Source: Alphaproteobacteria bacterium
GTDB lineage: Bacteria; Pseudomonadota; Alphaproteobacteria; UBA828
Direction of reading: 5' to 3'
Length of the DNA: 64,000 bases
Assembly (NCBI GenBank): GCA_965221125.1
Contig: CBDCRW010000006.1
Location: 416,001 to 480,000 of the forward strand
Of this stretch, positions 28,452-39,539 are shown one piece after another. The position numbers and the translations under genes are program-made. How positions within the stretch are numbered: the first letter of the stretch is position 1; the number at the start of each line of letters is the position of its first letter. The notes below the pieces were generated by a model. It worked only from the letters and a program-made list of their open reading frames with translations, ran no database searches and was not told the origin of the DNA.

Positions 28452-29011
28452 CAGCTCTCGTCGAAGATCAGGACGATCTCGGGGAACGACGCGTTCAGCC
28501 GTTCGATGACCGTGTCGGTCAGGTTGAACTCCGCCACGGCGTAGAGCGACGCATGGAGCGGCAGGACGACGTCGATGCCGCGGCTCTCCGCCACTTCCGC
28601 CACGACCGTGCTCAGAGCCTCGCGGAAGCGGACCTCGCCTTCCGCGACGGCGCGCTGCAACATCTGGTTCTGCGCCTTGGCTCTCTGGTCGGCACTCGTC
28701 ACTTCGGCGTTGAATTCGCGCTCGCGCTCCTCCAGCGCGGCCGGCGCGAGCAGCGCCTGCTGCCCGATAATCTCGTCTCGAATGACTCGCAGCCGTTCGG
28801 CCTCGCGCTGCGCCTCTTCGGCGTAGGCCTTGCGCTGCGTCTCGCCCTGGCTGCGGATCGAGTGGACCGCCGTCGCCTCCTCGAGAATCCGCCCCATCTC
28901 GATGACGGCGATCCGCGTCCCGTGCTCGTCTGCCGAAACTCCGGCGGCGCCGCCCAGCGCGCAGGGGACCGCGAGCGCGAGCACCAGCCAGAGCCGCCTG
29001 AACGTGCCCAT
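28451..29011 (-). CDS. skp: OmpH/Skp periplasmic chaperone
   Basis: Signal peptide, IAVIE, long coiled coil, [11 protein letters not shown]; between bamA and lpxD. Confidence 0.8.
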
Positions 29012-29013
29012 GG

Positions 29014-31272
29014 CTAGAACCTCGTTCCGAAGCTGAAGCGGAAGCTCTCCGTCTGGTCGAAGTCTTCCTTGATCAGGGCCCGCGCGAAGTCGAGCCGGAT
29101 CGGCCCCAGCGGCGAGCGGAAGTTGATCCCGGCGCCGATCGAGAGCCGGGGCGAACTCTCGTCCAGAAGCTCGGGCCCCGAGTCGTCGATCGTGGTCAGC
29201 GTGCCGACGTCGGTGAAGACCGCGCCGCGCAGGTTGAGCTCGTCCGGCAGGCCGAGCGGGAAGCCCAGCTCGCCCGTCAGCGAGTAGAACATGTTGCCGC
29301 CCAGCGCGTCGCCGGTCTCGGAATCGCGCGGGCCGACGCCGCTCGGCTCGAAGCCCCGGAGCCTGCGCCCGCCGAGGAAGAACCGATCCACGATCCGCAC
29401 GTCGTCGTCGATGCCGAATACATGGCCGGCCCGCGCCAGGGCGGAGAGCACCCACCCGTCCGCGACCGAATAGAAGTTGCCGAAGGTGAGAGTGTGCTTG
29501 AGGAAACTTGCGTCGCCGCCGACGCCGGCGAATTCCTGCCCGAAGCGCACGTAGTAGCCATCGGTCGGGTCGATGCGGCTGTCGCGCAGGTCGTACTGCA
29601 GCCTGTGGGCGATCGCCGAGGTGGTCGTCTCGCCCTCCTGCTCGCGGATGAACCGCGACGTGGTATCGGAAACGTCGCTGACTTCGTCGTTCCGGAGCGA
29701 GTAGGAGACGGTATGGCGCAGCCGTTCGGCCAACGGATAGCTGGCCCGCGTGGTGAAGCCCACGGTCTCCCGGTCGAACGAGCTCTGGTCCTGCAGGTCG
29801 ACCGTCCGGCTGAAGATGTCGAAGCCGGCGGCGACGTCACGGTCCAGGAAATAGGGCTCGGTGAAGCTCAGGTCGATCTCCTGGCGGCTCTCCGAAACCG
29901 TGAGCCCGAGCCGGAGCTCCTGTCCCTTGCCGAGCAGGTTGCGCTCGCGGATGGAAATGTCGCCGAGCACGCCTTCCGCCGACGAGACGCCGGCGCCGAA
30001 GCTGAGCTCGCCGGTGGGCACCTCTCTCACGTCGACCGTGAGGACGGTGCGGTCCGGCGCCGAGCCCTCGCTCGCTTCGATGTCGACCTGGCTGAAGAAG
30101 CCGAGGTTCATGATGCGCTGACGCGAGCGCCGGATGAGGGCCGTGTTGTAGGCATCGCCCTCCGCCAGCCGGAACTCGCGGCGGATCACCTCGTCGAGGG
30201 TGCGGGCGTTTCCGGTGATCTCGATGCGCTCGACGTAGACCCTCGGACCCTCGTCGATGTCGAAGGTGACGGCGACGGTCCTGGCCTCGCGGTCCGGCTC
30301 GACCTGCGGGCTCACGTCGACGAAGGCGTAGCCGCGGCTGCCGACGGCTTCGGTGAGCGCCACCAGCGTGTCCTCGACCTCGTCCGCGTCGTACCAGTCG
30401 CCCTCTTCCATCTCGACGACGGGGCGGAGATCCTCCGGCGCGAGGTCGCGGAGCTGGCTTTGGATGTCGATGGCGGAGACCCGGTAGCGCTCGCCCTCCT
30501 CGAGGGAGAAGGTGACGATGAAGCCGCTGCGGTCCGGCATCAGCTCGGCCACGGCCGAAATGACGCGGAAGTCGACATAGCCGTTGGAGAGGTAGAAGCG
30601 GCGGAGCAGCTCACGGTCGAACGTCAGCCGGTCGGGATCGTAGGTGTCCGCGCTGGTGGCGAAGCGATACCACGCGTTCTCGACGGTCTGGATCTCGTCC
30701 CTGAGCGCGCTGTCGCTGAAGCGCGTGTTGCCGACGAAGTTGATCACCTCGACTTCCGTGACCGGCCCCTCGTCGATCTCGAACACGAGATCGACCCTGT
30801 TCTGCGGAAGCTGGATGACCTTGGGCTCGACGCTCACGGCGAAGCGGCCGCTACGCCGGTAGATCTCGGTCAGCCGCTGCAGGTCTGACTGCACCCTCGG
30901 CCGGGTGTAGACCACGCGCGGCTGAAGCTGGATCTCGGCCCCCAGCTCGTCGTCGCCGATTGCGTCGTTGCCCTCGAAGGCTACGCGGTTGATGATCGGG
31001 TTCTCCACCACGCGGACCACGAGCGCGTTTCCGTCCCGCCGAATGGCCACGTCGGCGAAGAGGCCCGTATCGAACAGGCGCTTGAGGGAGTCGTTGACCG
31101 CACCGGAATCGTATGCGTCGCCCGGCCCGATCGCCATGTAGGACCGCACGGTTTCTGCCTCGATACGCTCGTTGCCCTCGACGAGGACGGACTCGATCAT
31201 GCTGTCCTGCGCCGTCGCGGCACCGATCCACACGCCGAGGATGACCACTGTCAGCCAGACGATGTGTCGCAT
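29014..31272 (-). CDS. bamA: Outer membrane protein assembly factor
   Basis: POTRA repeats ([16 protein letters not shown]), LRGFE, C-terminal FSFGTRF. Confidence 0.96.
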   Translation of the reverse strand: MRHIVWLTVVILGVWIGAATAQDSMIESVLVEGNERIEAETVRSYMAIGPGDAYDSGAVNDSLKRLFDTGLFADVAIRRDGNALVVRVVENPIINRVAFEGNDAIGDDELGAEIQLQPRVVYTRPRVQSDLQRLTEIYRRSGRFAVSVEPKVIQLPQNRVDLVFEIDEGPVTEVEVINFVGNTRFSDSALRDEIQTVENAWYRFATSADTYDPDRLTFDRELLRRFYLSNGYVDFRVISAVAELMPDRSGFIVTFSLEEGERYRVSAIDIQSQLRDLAPEDLRPVVEMEEGDWYDADEVEDTLVALTEAVGSRGYAFVDVSPQVEPDREARTVAVTFDIDEGPRVYVERIEITGNARTLDEVIRREFRLAEGDAYNTALIRRSRQRIMNLGFFSQVDIEASEGSAPDRTVLTVDVREVPTGELSFGAGVSSAEGVLGDISIRERNLLGKGQELRLGLTVSESRQEIDLSFTEPYFLDRDVAAGFDIFSRTVDLQDQSSFDRETVGFTTRASYPLAERLRHTVSYSLRNDEVSDVSDTTSRFIREQEGETTTSAIAHRLQYDLRDSRIDPTDGYYVRFGQEFAGVGGDASFLKHTLTFGNFYSVADGWVLSALARAGHVFGIDDDVRIVDRFFLGGRRLRGFEPSGVGPRDSETGDALGGNMFYSLTGELGFPLGLPDELNLRGAVFTDVGTLTTIDDSGPELLDESSPRLSIGAGINFRSPLGPIRLDFARALIKEDFDQTESFRFSFGTRF

Positions 31273-31325
31273 TCGGCCCCTTCCCCGTGCCGTTGTCGCA
31301 CCGGACACCCGCGCCGCTCGCCCGC

Positions 31326-32669
31326 TCACGAGGTCAGGCCGATGATGTCCTTCGTCGTCACCCATACCATCAAGGCTATAACGAGCGTTAGCCCTACCGT
31401 CGCGCCGATCTGCTGAAACCGGGCCGCGAGCGGGCGCCGGAACGCGGCTTCCAGGCCGTTGTACAGCAGGTGCCCGCCGTCGAGCGGCGGAATCGGGAAG
31501 AGATTGATCAGCCCGAGAGCGATGGAAATCAGCGCCGCGAACTCGACGAAGCCCGCGACGCCGCGCTCCAGCACGCTTCGCGACATGACGGCGATGCCGA
31601 CCGGGCCGCTCAGCTGCTCGGTGGAGCGGGCGCCCACGATCATCTGGCCGATGGCGCGGAGGTTGGCGGCGGCGAGCGCATAGGTGTGCTCGACGCCGGC
31701 CCAGATCGATCCGCCGACGCCGAGATCGCGGAACGCGGTCTGCTCCTCGGGGTAGACGCCGATTCGCCCGGTGCCGTTCACGTCGTTCGGCGTGATCGTG
31801 AGTGCCACCTCGCCGCCTGCGCGTTCCACGACGAACGTAAGCGGCGTCGCCGCGTTCCGCTCCACGATCGTGCGCAGGTGGTCGAAGCTCTCGATCGCCG
31901 CGTCGCCGATGCGCACGATCTTGTCGCCGGCCTGGAGGCCGCCCCTCTCGGCGGGGCTGCCCGCCACCACTTGCGCGACCGAGGCCGGCGTGAACGGCCG
32001 GACCCCGATATCGCCCAGCTGCTGCGGCCGGTCGAAGGCGTCCAGCACCTCGACGATCTCCGGCGTCACGGTGAACTCCAGCTCCTCGTCGCCCCGTTCC
32101 ACGGCGAGCGTGAGCGGCTCGCCCAGGCTCTGGAGCAGGGTGAACTGGAGTTCCTCGAAGCGCTCGACCCGGCTGCCGTTGAGCTCGACCAGCCTGTCGC
32201 CAGGCTCCAGCCCGGCGACGGCGGCGGGGCTGCCGGCGCGCACGGTGCCGATCTCAACCGGCGTGTAGCGCTGGCCGACGACGAGGAAGAAGACGGCGAA
32301 GATCGCCGCCGCGAGCAGGAGGTTCGCGAACGGCCCCGCGAAGGCGATGGCCGAGCGCTTGCCCACCGACTTGGCGTAGAAGGAATCGTGCGGCAGCGGC
32401 TCGTCGCTTTCGGCAGACGAGCTGGCGACGTCGGCATCGCCGGCGAACTTCACGTAGCCGCCGAGGGGAAGCGCGGAGAGGCGCCAGCGCGTTCCGTGCT
32501 TATCCTCGATGCCGAACAGCTCCGGCCCGAAGCCGACCGAAAACACTTCGACGCGCACGCCGTTGATCCGCGCCACCAGGTAATGGCCGAGCTCGTGGAC
32601 GAACACCACGGGCGTGATGATCGCCAGAAACGGCCAGATGTAGTTGATCTTGTCGACGATGAGGTCCAT
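31326..32669 (-). CDS. rseP: RIP metalloprotease with two PDZ domains
   Basis: HELGH, PLGGYVKF, AGPFAN, two GSPA..GL..GD PDZ motifs, NLFPIPPLDGGH. Confidence 0.93.
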   Translation of the reverse strand: MDLIVDKINYIWPFLAIITPVVFVHELGHYLVARINGVRVEVFSVGFGPELFGIEDKHGTRWRLSALPLGGYVKFAGDADVASSSAESDEPLPHDSFYAKSVGKRSAIAFAGPFANLLLAAAIFAVFFLVVGQRYTPVEIGTVRAGSPAAVAGLEPGDRLVELNGSRVERFEELQFTLLQSLGEPLTLAVERGDEELEFTVTPEIVEVLDAFDRPQQLGDIGVRPFTPASVAQVVAGSPAERGGLQAGDKIVRIGDAAIESFDHLRTIVERNAATPLTFVVERAGGEVALTITPNDVNGTGRIGVYPEEQTAFRDLGVGGSIWAGVEHTYALAAANLRAIGQMIVGARSTEQLSGPVGIAVMSRSVLERGVAGFVEFAALISIALGLINLFPIPPLDGGHLLYNGLEAAFRRPLAARFQQIGATVGLTLVIALMVWVTTKDIIGLTS

Positions 32670-32965
32670 GGCGTGGGCGTGCGGCTATGATGGATCGCTG
32701 GCGCCGGGTCGCGCCGGGCCGAGCGACGGGTTGGACGAGGCGGTCGAAGTGGCGCCGCCGATTATACACACTGTGGCGCATGCGCCCGCAATTCAACCGC
32801 AATTCGGTGTGAAGAGCGGGGCGAGGTGCAGAGGGGCGAGACGGTGCATGCTTGCGGGAGGCTACCATTCGGGGCAAGTTGCCGGGCCATGAGAGCCGGC
32901 TCTGCGTGCGCTTCGCGTTCAGGCGGGGTACGGCCCATTGCGGGCTGCAGCCAGCGTGTAGAGCG

Positions 32966-35710
32966 ATGAATGCGCCTGACGCGCGGCCTTCGAACCTCTT
33001 CGAGCCGCAGGCCCTAGCGGACGCGATCGCCCGGCTCGGCCGGGACGACCGCAAAGGCGTCCTGGACCTGACGAAGCGCGCCTGCGACGAGGGCCGCGCG
33101 GAACTCTGCCGGCGCCTCGAATCGGGGGCCTCCGGTGCCGAGATCGTCGCGGCCCGGACGGCGATGGTCGACCGGCTGCTCGGCGTGCTGCTCGATCACG
33201 CGGCGCATACCCTCTACCCGGAGCCCAATCCGACCACAGCAAGCCGCCTCTCGCTGGTCGCGGTGGGCGGCTACGGCCGGGGCGACCTCGCGCCCCATTC
33301 CGATATCGATATCCTCGTTCTCCATCCCTACAAGCTGACCGGACGCAGCGAGCAGATCGTCGAGCATCTGCTCTACATGCTGTGGGATCTCGGCTTCGCC
33401 GTAGGTCATGCCACGCGTTCGGTCGACGACTGTCTGGGCCGGGCAAGGCGGGACATGACGATCCGCACCTCCGTGCTCGAATCGCGCCCCGTGTGGGGCG
33501 ATGCGGCGCTCTACGACGGGTTCCGCCGGCGCTTCCTCACCGAGCTGGTGCCCGGCACCGAGGCCGAGTTCGTCGCCGCCAAGCTGCGCGAACGCGACGA
33601 GCGCCACGTGCGCGCCGGCGATTCGCGCTATCTGCTCGAGCCCAACGTGAAGGACGGCAAGGGCGGCCTGCGCGACCTCCACGTGCTGTTCTGGATCGCC
33701 AGGTACCTCTTCCGCATCGACCGTTTCGGCGCGCTCGCCGACCGGGGCGTGCTGAACGAGCACGAGCACGACCGCTTCGTGCGGGCGCAGGATTTTCTCT
33801 GGCGGGTCCGGGCGCACCTCCACGTCGTCTGCGGGCGCGCGGAGGATCGCCTCACCTTCGACCGGCAGCCGGAGATCGCGGCGCGGATGGGCTACGGGCC
33901 GCGCCGCGGCAACCTCGCCGTCGAGCGGTTCATGAAACACTATTTCCTCGTCGCGAAGAGCGTCGGCGAGCTCACGCGGGTCCTGTGCGCGGCGCTGGAG
34001 GCGGAGCGGCTCCACACCGCGCCGGTCCACCGCTCCGGGATCGAGACGGGGCCTCTCCGCGACGGGCTGTTCGTCTCCGGCGGGCGCATCGCTGCGGTCG
34101 GCGAGAACACCTTCGGCGAGCGCCCGGTGCGCCTGGTCACGATCTTCCGCCGGGCGCAGACCGAAGGCCGCGACATCCATCCGGCGACGCTCCGCCTGAT
34201 CCACCAGGGCCACGGGCTCATCACCGCGGCGGTGCGCGACGATGCGGAGGCGAACCGCGCCTTCCGCGCGATCCTCACCGACGAGCGCAACCCCGAGCAG
34301 GTCCTGCGGATGATGAACGAGGCCGGCGTGATGGGCCGCTTCCTGCCGGACTTCGGGCGCGTCGTGGGGCAGACCCAGCTCGACCTCTACCACGTCTACA
34401 CCGTGGACGAGCACAGCATCCGCGCCATCGGCGTGCTCAGCGCGATCGAGAGGGGGGCCCTCGCCGACGAGCTGCCGCTCGCCAGCACCCTCGTTCACCA
34501 GTTGCGGATGCGCGACGTGCTCTACCTCGCGCTGCTGCTGCACGACGTGGCGAAGGGGCGGGGTGGCGACCACTCGGAGATCGGCGCCGACATCGCGCGC
34601 GACGTTGCCCGGCGGCTGGCGTTCACGCCGGACGAGGTCGAGACCGTCGCCTGGCTGGTCCGCTGGCACCTGCTCTTCAGCATGACCGCCTTCAAGCGCG
34701 ACCCCAACGATCCCCGCACCGTCGACGATTTCGTGGGCCGCGTCCGCTCGCTGGAGCGACTGCGGCTGCTGCTGGTGCTGACCGCCGCCGACATCACCGC
34801 CGTGGGGCCGGGACGCATGACGGCGTGGAAGGCGTCGCTGCTGCGCATGCTCTACCACCGCGCCGAGGCGGTGCTCGCGGGCGGCCGCGAGGCCGAGGAC
34901 CGGGAGGCCCGCGTGGCGACGGCCAGGAAGAAGCTGCGCACGCGGCTCGCGGACTGGCCCGAGGCCGACATCGCGCACTTCGAGGAGAGGCTGCCCCTCA
35001 CTTACTGGCTCGCCACCGACGCAGGGATGCAGGAGCGCCACGCCCGCCTCGTGCGGGGCGGGGGCAGGGGGCCGCTGGTCGAATCCCGCATCGACCGGAC
35101 CAGGGACGCGACGGAGATGACGCTCTTCACGCCGGATTTCATCGGCCTCTTCGCCCGCATCGCCGGCGCGGTGGCGAGGTCCGGTGCCAGCATCGTCGAT
35201 GCCCGCGTCTTCACCACCAACGACGGGATGGCCATCGACACGATCTGGATCCAGGCGGCCGACGGCAGCGCGATCGGCGACGAAGACCGCCTGGAGCGGC
35301 TGGAGAGGCGCGTGGTCCGCGCGCTCGCCGAGGATGGCGCGGACGCCGGGGCTGCGGACGAGGCGGCGTTCGTGGCCCCGCCGCCGGCGCGCACCGCTGC
35401 CATCGCGCTCGAGCCCCACGTCCTCGTCGACAACGGTGCCAGCACCGGCTTCACGGTGATCGAGGTGAGCGCGCGCGATCGACCGGGGCTTCTCTACGAC
35501 ATCACGCGCACGCTCAGCGCCTGCGGCGTCTCCATCGGCTCGGCGCACATCTCGACGGTGGGCTCCCGCGCCGTCGATGTCTTCTACGTGCGGGACCGCT
35601 TCGGCCTCAAACTCTCCCGCGAGGCGCAGATCGCGCGGGTGCAGGAGCGCCTGAGCGAGATGCTGGCCCGCGACTCCCGCGATGCGCCGCTCCGCCGTGC
35701 GGCCGGCTGA
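32966..35710 (+). CDS. glnD: PII uridylyltransferase
   Basis: AVGGYGRG...SDIDI, EPNVKDGKGGLRD, HVYTVDEH, LLHDVAKG, two ACT domains. Confidence 0.96.
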   Translation: MNAPDARPSNLFEPQALADAIARLGRDDRKGVLDLTKRACDEGRAELCRRLESGASGAEIVAARTAMVDRLLGVLLDHAAHTLYPEPNPTTASRLSLVAVGGYGRGDLAPHSDIDILVLHPYKLTGRSEQIVEHLLYMLWDLGFAVGHATRSVDDCLGRARRDMTIRTSVLESRPVWGDAALYDGFRRRFLTELVPGTEAEFVAAKLRERDERHVRAGDSRYLLEPNVKDGKGGLRDLHVLFWIARYLFRIDRFGALADRGVLNEHEHDRFVRAQDFLWRVRAHLHVVCGRAEDRLTFDRQPEIAARMGYGPRRGNLAVERFMKHYFLVAKSVGELTRVLCAALEAERLHTAPVHRSGIETGPLRDGLFVSGGRIAAVGENTFGERPVRLVTIFRRAQTEGRDIHPATLRLIHQGHGLITAAVRDDAEANRAFRAILTDERNPEQVLRMMNEAGVMGRFLPDFGRVVGQTQLDLYHVYTVDEHSIRAIGVLSAIERGALADELPLASTLVHQLRMRDVLYLALLLHDVAKGRGGDHSEIGADIARDVARRLAFTPDEVETVAWLVRWHLLFSMTAFKRDPNDPRTVDDFVGRVRSLERLRLLLVLTAADITAVGPGRMTAWKASLLRMLYHRAEAVLAGGREAEDREARVATARKKLRTRLADWPEADIAHFEERLPLTYWLATDAGMQERHARLVRGGGRGPLVESRIDRTRDATEMTLFTPDFIGLFARIAGAVARSGASIVDARVFTTNDGMAIDTIWIQAADGSAIGDEDRLERLERRVVRALAEDGADAGAADEAAFVAPPPARTAAIALEPHVLVDNGASTGFTVIEVSARDRPGLLYDITRTLSACGVSIGSAHISTVGSRAVDVFYVRDRFGLKLSREAQIARVQERLSEMLARDSRDAPLRRAAG

Positions 35711-35744
35711 GCCGCCGGCCCACCGCCCGCCACCCGCGTAACCG

Positions 35745-37301
35745 ATGGCACTCGCCCGCTGGGCCGCAACCGTCGGCGGCTACACCATGGGCTCGCGGGT
35801 GCTGGGCTTCCTACGCGACATCCTGATCGCCTCGGTGCTCGGCGCAGGGCCGGTGGCGGACGCCTTCTTCGTCGCCTTCAAGCTGCCGAACTTCCTGCGG
35901 CGGCTGTTCGCGGAGGGCGCGTTCAACGCGGCCTTCGTGCCGCTCTTCGCGGGCACGCTGGAGCGCGACGGGCGCGAGGCGGCCAAGTCCTTCGCCGAGG
36001 ACGTCCTCACGGTCCTGCTGTGGACGCTGCTGGCGCTGGTGATCGTCGCCCAGATCGCGATGCCGTGGCTGATGCACGTGCTGGCGCCGGGCTTCGCCGA
36101 CGAGCCGGGGAAGCTCGAGCTTACCGTGCAGCTCACGCGGCTCACCTTCCCCTACATCCTGCTGATCTCGCTGGTATCGCTCCTGGGCGGGGTGCTGAAT
36201 TCGCTCTATCGCTTCGCCGCCGTCGCGGCCACGCCGATCCTGCTCAACCTCTGCCTGATCGCAGCCCTGCTCGGGCTCGCGCGCTGGACCGAGACGCCGG
36301 GGCACGCGCTTGCGGTGGGCGTCACGGTCGGCGGGATCCTGCAGTTCGTCTGGCTCGTCGTCGCGGCCTCGCGGGCGGGCATGTCGCTTCGCCTCCGCTG
36401 GCCCCGGCTCACACCGGGGGTGAAGCGCCTGCTGATCCTCGCGGCCCCGGCGGCGCTCGGCGCGGGCGTGGCGCAGATCAACCTGGTGGTCGACATCATC
36501 ATCGCCTCGCTGCTGCCGCCGGGCTCGGTCTCCTTCCTCTACTACGCCGACCGCGTGAACCAGCTTCCCCTCGGCGTCGTCGGCGTCGCGGTGGGGACCG
36601 CGCTGCTGCCGCTGCTGAGCCGCCAGCTCAGGGCGGGCGAGGCCGAGGAGGCGGTGGGCAGCCTCAACCGGGCGATCGAGATGGCGCTGCTGCTGGCGGT
36701 GCCGGCGGCGGTGGCACTCATCGTCATCGCCGGCCCCGTGATCGCGGTGCTCTTCGAGCGCGGCGCCTTCGGCGCGGGCGAGAGCAGCGCCACCGCCGGC
36801 GCGCTCGTCGCCTACGCCGCGGGCCTGCCGGCCTTCGTGCTCATCAAGGTGCTGGCGCCCGGCTACTTCGCGCGGCAGGACACGCGGACGCCGGTGCGGA
36901 TCGCGGTTCTCTGCCTGGTGGTGAACGTGGCGCTCAACCTCGCGCTCATGGGGCCGCTCGCGCACGTGGGGATCGCCCTGGCGACCACGCTCGCCGGCTG
37001 GCTCAACGTGGGCCTGCTGGCTGCGGGTCTCGCGCGGCGCGGCTACCTCAAGCCGGACGGGCGGCTGAAGCGCCGGCTGCCGCGCATGGTGGCAGCCGCG
37101 GCCGGCATGGCGGCGCTGCTCTGGGCGGTGGCGCTCGGCCTGGAAGGTCCGCTCGAGACCGCGGGCTTCCGCATCGCGGCGCTCGCCGCCATCGTCGTCG
37201 CCGGCCTCGTGGGCTACGGCGCGCTCGCCGCCGGCTTGGGCGCCCTGTCGCTCGGCGAGGTGCGCGCGCTGCTGGCCCGACAGCGCGAAGGCCAAGGTTG
37301 A
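35745..37301 (+). CDS. murJ: Lipid II flippase
   Basis: SRVLGFLRD, PNFLRRLFAEGAF, YADRVNQLPLG, DTRTPV. Confidence 0.95.
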   Translation: MALARWAATVGGYTMGSRVLGFLRDILIASVLGAGPVADAFFVAFKLPNFLRRLFAEGAFNAAFVPLFAGTLERDGREAAKSFAEDVLTVLLWTLLALVIVAQIAMPWLMHVLAPGFADEPGKLELTVQLTRLTFPYILLISLVSLLGGVLNSLYRFAAVAATPILLNLCLIAALLGLARWTETPGHALAVGVTVGGILQFVWLVVAASRAGMSLRLRWPRLTPGVKRLLILAAPAALGAGVAQINLVVDIIIASLLPPGSVSFLYYADRVNQLPLGVVGVAVGTALLPLLSRQLRAGEAEEAVGSLNRAIEMALLLAVPAAVALIVIAGPVIAVLFERGAFGAGESSATAGALVAYAAGLPAFVLIKVLAPGYFARQDTRTPVRIAVLCLVVNVALNLALMGPLAHVGIALATTLAGWLNVGLLAAGLARRGYLKPDGRLKRRLPRMVAAAAGMAALLWAVALGLEGPLETAGFRIAALAAIVVAGLVGYGALAAGLGALSLGEVRALLARQREGQG

Positions 37302-37352
37302 CGGCGGCGCCCGGGGGCGCGATAAGGCGCGCCGCTGCGGAGCGTTCCTGAC

Positions 37353-38345
37353 ATGAAGCGGGTCTTTTCCGGCGTTCAGCCGACCGGCAATCTGCACCTC
37401 GGCAACTACCTCGGCGCGATCAAGAACTGGGTCGCGATGCAGAGGGAGTACGACTGCATCTACTGCATCGTCGATCTGCACGCGATCACGGTGCCGCAGG
37501 ACCCTGCCGAGCTGACCGCGAACACGCGCGAGGTCACGGCCGGGCTGCTGGCTGCCGGGCTCGATCCGAAGAGGTGCATCATCTTCAACCAGAGCAGCGT
37601 CGGGGGCCACGCGGAGCTCGCCTGGATGCTCAACTGCTTCACCCCGCTCGGCTGGCTCAACCGGATGACCCAGTTCAAGGAGAAGGCGGGGAAGAAGCGG
37701 GAGAACGCGCTGCTCGGGCTCTACGCCTACCCGGTGCTGATGGCCGCCGACATCCTGCTCTACCACGCGACCGCGGTGCCGGTGGGCGAGGACCAAAAGC
37801 AGCATCTGGAACTTTCCCGCGATATCGCCGGCGCCTTCAACCGCGCCTATGACGTAGAATTCTTCCCGCTGCCGGAGCCGATGATCTTCGGCGCCGCCAC
37901 CCGGGTGATGAGCCTGCGCGACGGGCGCAGCAAGATGAGCAAGTCGGACGGCTCCGACTACGCGCGCATCAATCTCACCGACGACGCGGACACGCTCGCG
38001 CTCAAGATCAAGCGGGCCAAGACCGATTCCGAGCCGGGCCTCTCCTTCGATCCCGAGCGGAGGCCGGAGGCGGCGAACCTGCTGAGCATCTACGCGGCGC
38101 TCGCGGGCGAGCCGGTGGAGCGGGTCGTCGCCGAGCACACGGGCATGGGCTTCGCCGACTTCAAGGGCAAGCTCGCCGACCTCGCGATCGAGACCCTCGG
38201 CCCCATCGCCCGGCGCATGCGCGAGCTGCAGGCGGACCCCGGCTATATCGACGGGGTGCTGGCCGACGGCGCGGCGCGCGCGCACGCCATCGCCGACGCC
38301 AACCTCGCCCAAGTGCGGCGCATCATGGGGCTGCTCGAGGCCTGA
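37353..38345 (+). CDS. trpS: Tryptophan-tRNA ligase
   Basis: [29 protein letters not shown]. Confidence 0.96.
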   Translation: MKRVFSGVQPTGNLHLGNYLGAIKNWVAMQREYDCIYCIVDLHAITVPQDPAELTANTREVTAGLLAAGLDPKRCIIFNQSSVGGHAELAWMLNCFTPLGWLNRMTQFKEKAGKKRENALLGLYAYPVLMAADILLYHATAVPVGEDQKQHLELSRDIAGAFNRAYDVEFFPLPEPMIFGAATRVMSLRDGRSKMSKSDGSDYARINLTDDADTLALKIKRAKTDSEPGLSFDPERRPEAANLLSIYAALAGEPVERVVAEHTGMGFADFKGKLADLAIETLGPIARRMRELQADPGYIDGVLADGAARAHAIADANLAQVRRIMGLLEA

Positions 38346-38503
38346 GCGTTTCCGTCCGAGACGGAAACGCTCTGATTCTTTGTCGCTCACGGCAGCTGGC
38401 CGTCCTGCGATTCCGCGCGCCTGCCGGCGCGACGGCCTGCTGCCTGCGCGGGCGGGCCGCTGTCGCGGCCTGTCGCGCGTCCGTCCGAGACGGACGCGCT
38501 CAG
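38342..38503. repeat. Multi-hairpin intergenic repeat, copy 3
   Basis: CTGAGCG...CGCTCAG termini, two TCCGTC-CGA-GACGGA hairpins, TCGCTCACGGCAGC core. Confidence 0.85.
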
Positions 38504-38624
38504 GATCCACTTATTCGGCACGATTTCCCCGAATTCCGCGCGATTACAGACTTTTCGCTTGCGAAGCTTGAGCGGGAGGCGCATGTAGCGGACGCACTCC
38601 CTTACGGTTCATGCGACTCTTCCG

Positions 38625-39539
38625 ATGGAGATCTACCTCCCGATCGCCGAGCTTTCAGCCAATGCGCTGATTCTGCTCGCACTCGGCGGCGGGGTCGGTC
38701 TGCTGTCGGGCATGTTCGGCGTGGGCGGCGGGTTCCTGATGACGCCGCTGCTGATCTTTCTCGGCGTCACGCCGTCGGTCGCGGTCGGCACCGGCACGAA
38801 CCTCATCATCGCGTCCTCGGTCTCCGGCACCATGGCGCACTGGCGCCGGGGCAACGTCGATTTCCTGATCGGCGGGCTCATCTCCGCGGGCGGCGTCGGC
38901 GGCGCCTGGCTCGGCGCCTTCATCTTCAGGTTGCTGAGCGACGCCGGCCAGATCGACCTGGTGGTGTCGCTCTCCTACGTCGTGTTCCTCGCGGTGGTCG
39001 GCTGCCTGATGGGGGTCGAGAGCGTGAGGGCGACGGTGCGCCGCCAGCGCACGGCCCGGCGCAAGGCCCACGTCCACACCTGGATCCACGGGCTGCCGCT
39101 CCGGGTGCGCTTCCGCCGCTCCGGCCTCTACGGCAGCGCGATCCCGCCGTTCGCGCTGGGCTTCCTCATGGGCATCGTCGCCTCCATCATGGGCGTCGGC
39201 GGCGGCTTCTTCATGGTGCCCGCGATGATCTACCTCATCGGCATGCCGACGGCGGTGGTGGTCGGCACCTCGCTGCTCGGCATCATCGTGATCAGCTCGG
39301 TCTCCTGCTTCGCCCATGCCGTCAACAACAACAACGTCGACATCATCCTGGGGCTCCTGCTGGCGGTCGGCGCCGTCATCGGCGCGCAGTACGGCACGCG
39401 GATCGGCGGGCGCATCCGGGGCGAGCACCTGCGCGGCCTGCTGGCGCTCATGGTGCTCGCCGTCGGCGGCCGGCTGGCCTACTCGCTGGTGGTGATGCCG
39501 GACGATCCCTTCGCGGTCGCACCGCTGTGGCCGAACTGA
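38625..39539 (+). CDS. Sulfite exporter TauE/SafE family protein
   Basis: MEIYLPIAE, repeated GVGGGF motifs, multiple TM helices. Confidence 0.88.
   Translation: MEIYLPIAELSANALILLALGGGVGLLSGMFGVGGGFLMTPLLIFLGVTPSVAVGTGTNLIIASSVSGTMAHWRRGNVDFLIGGLISAGGVGGAWLGAFIFRLLSDAGQIDLVVSLSYVVFLAVVGCLMGVESVRATVRRQRTARRKAHVHTWIHGLPLRVRFRRSGLYGSAIPPFALGFLMGIVASIMGVGGGFFMVPAMIYLIGMPTAVVVGTSLLGIIVISSVSCFAHAVNNNNVDIILGLLLAVGAVIGAQYGTRIGGRIRGEHLRGLLALMVLAVGGRLAYSLVVMPDDPFAVAPLWPN

Noticed and set aside
33014-38510. Very long antisense or alternate-frame ORFs (844, 814, 899 aa; similar ones at 17759, 51314, 55883)
   Set aside because: Shadow ORFs of high-GC genes; no motifs, and they overlap well-supported CDSs
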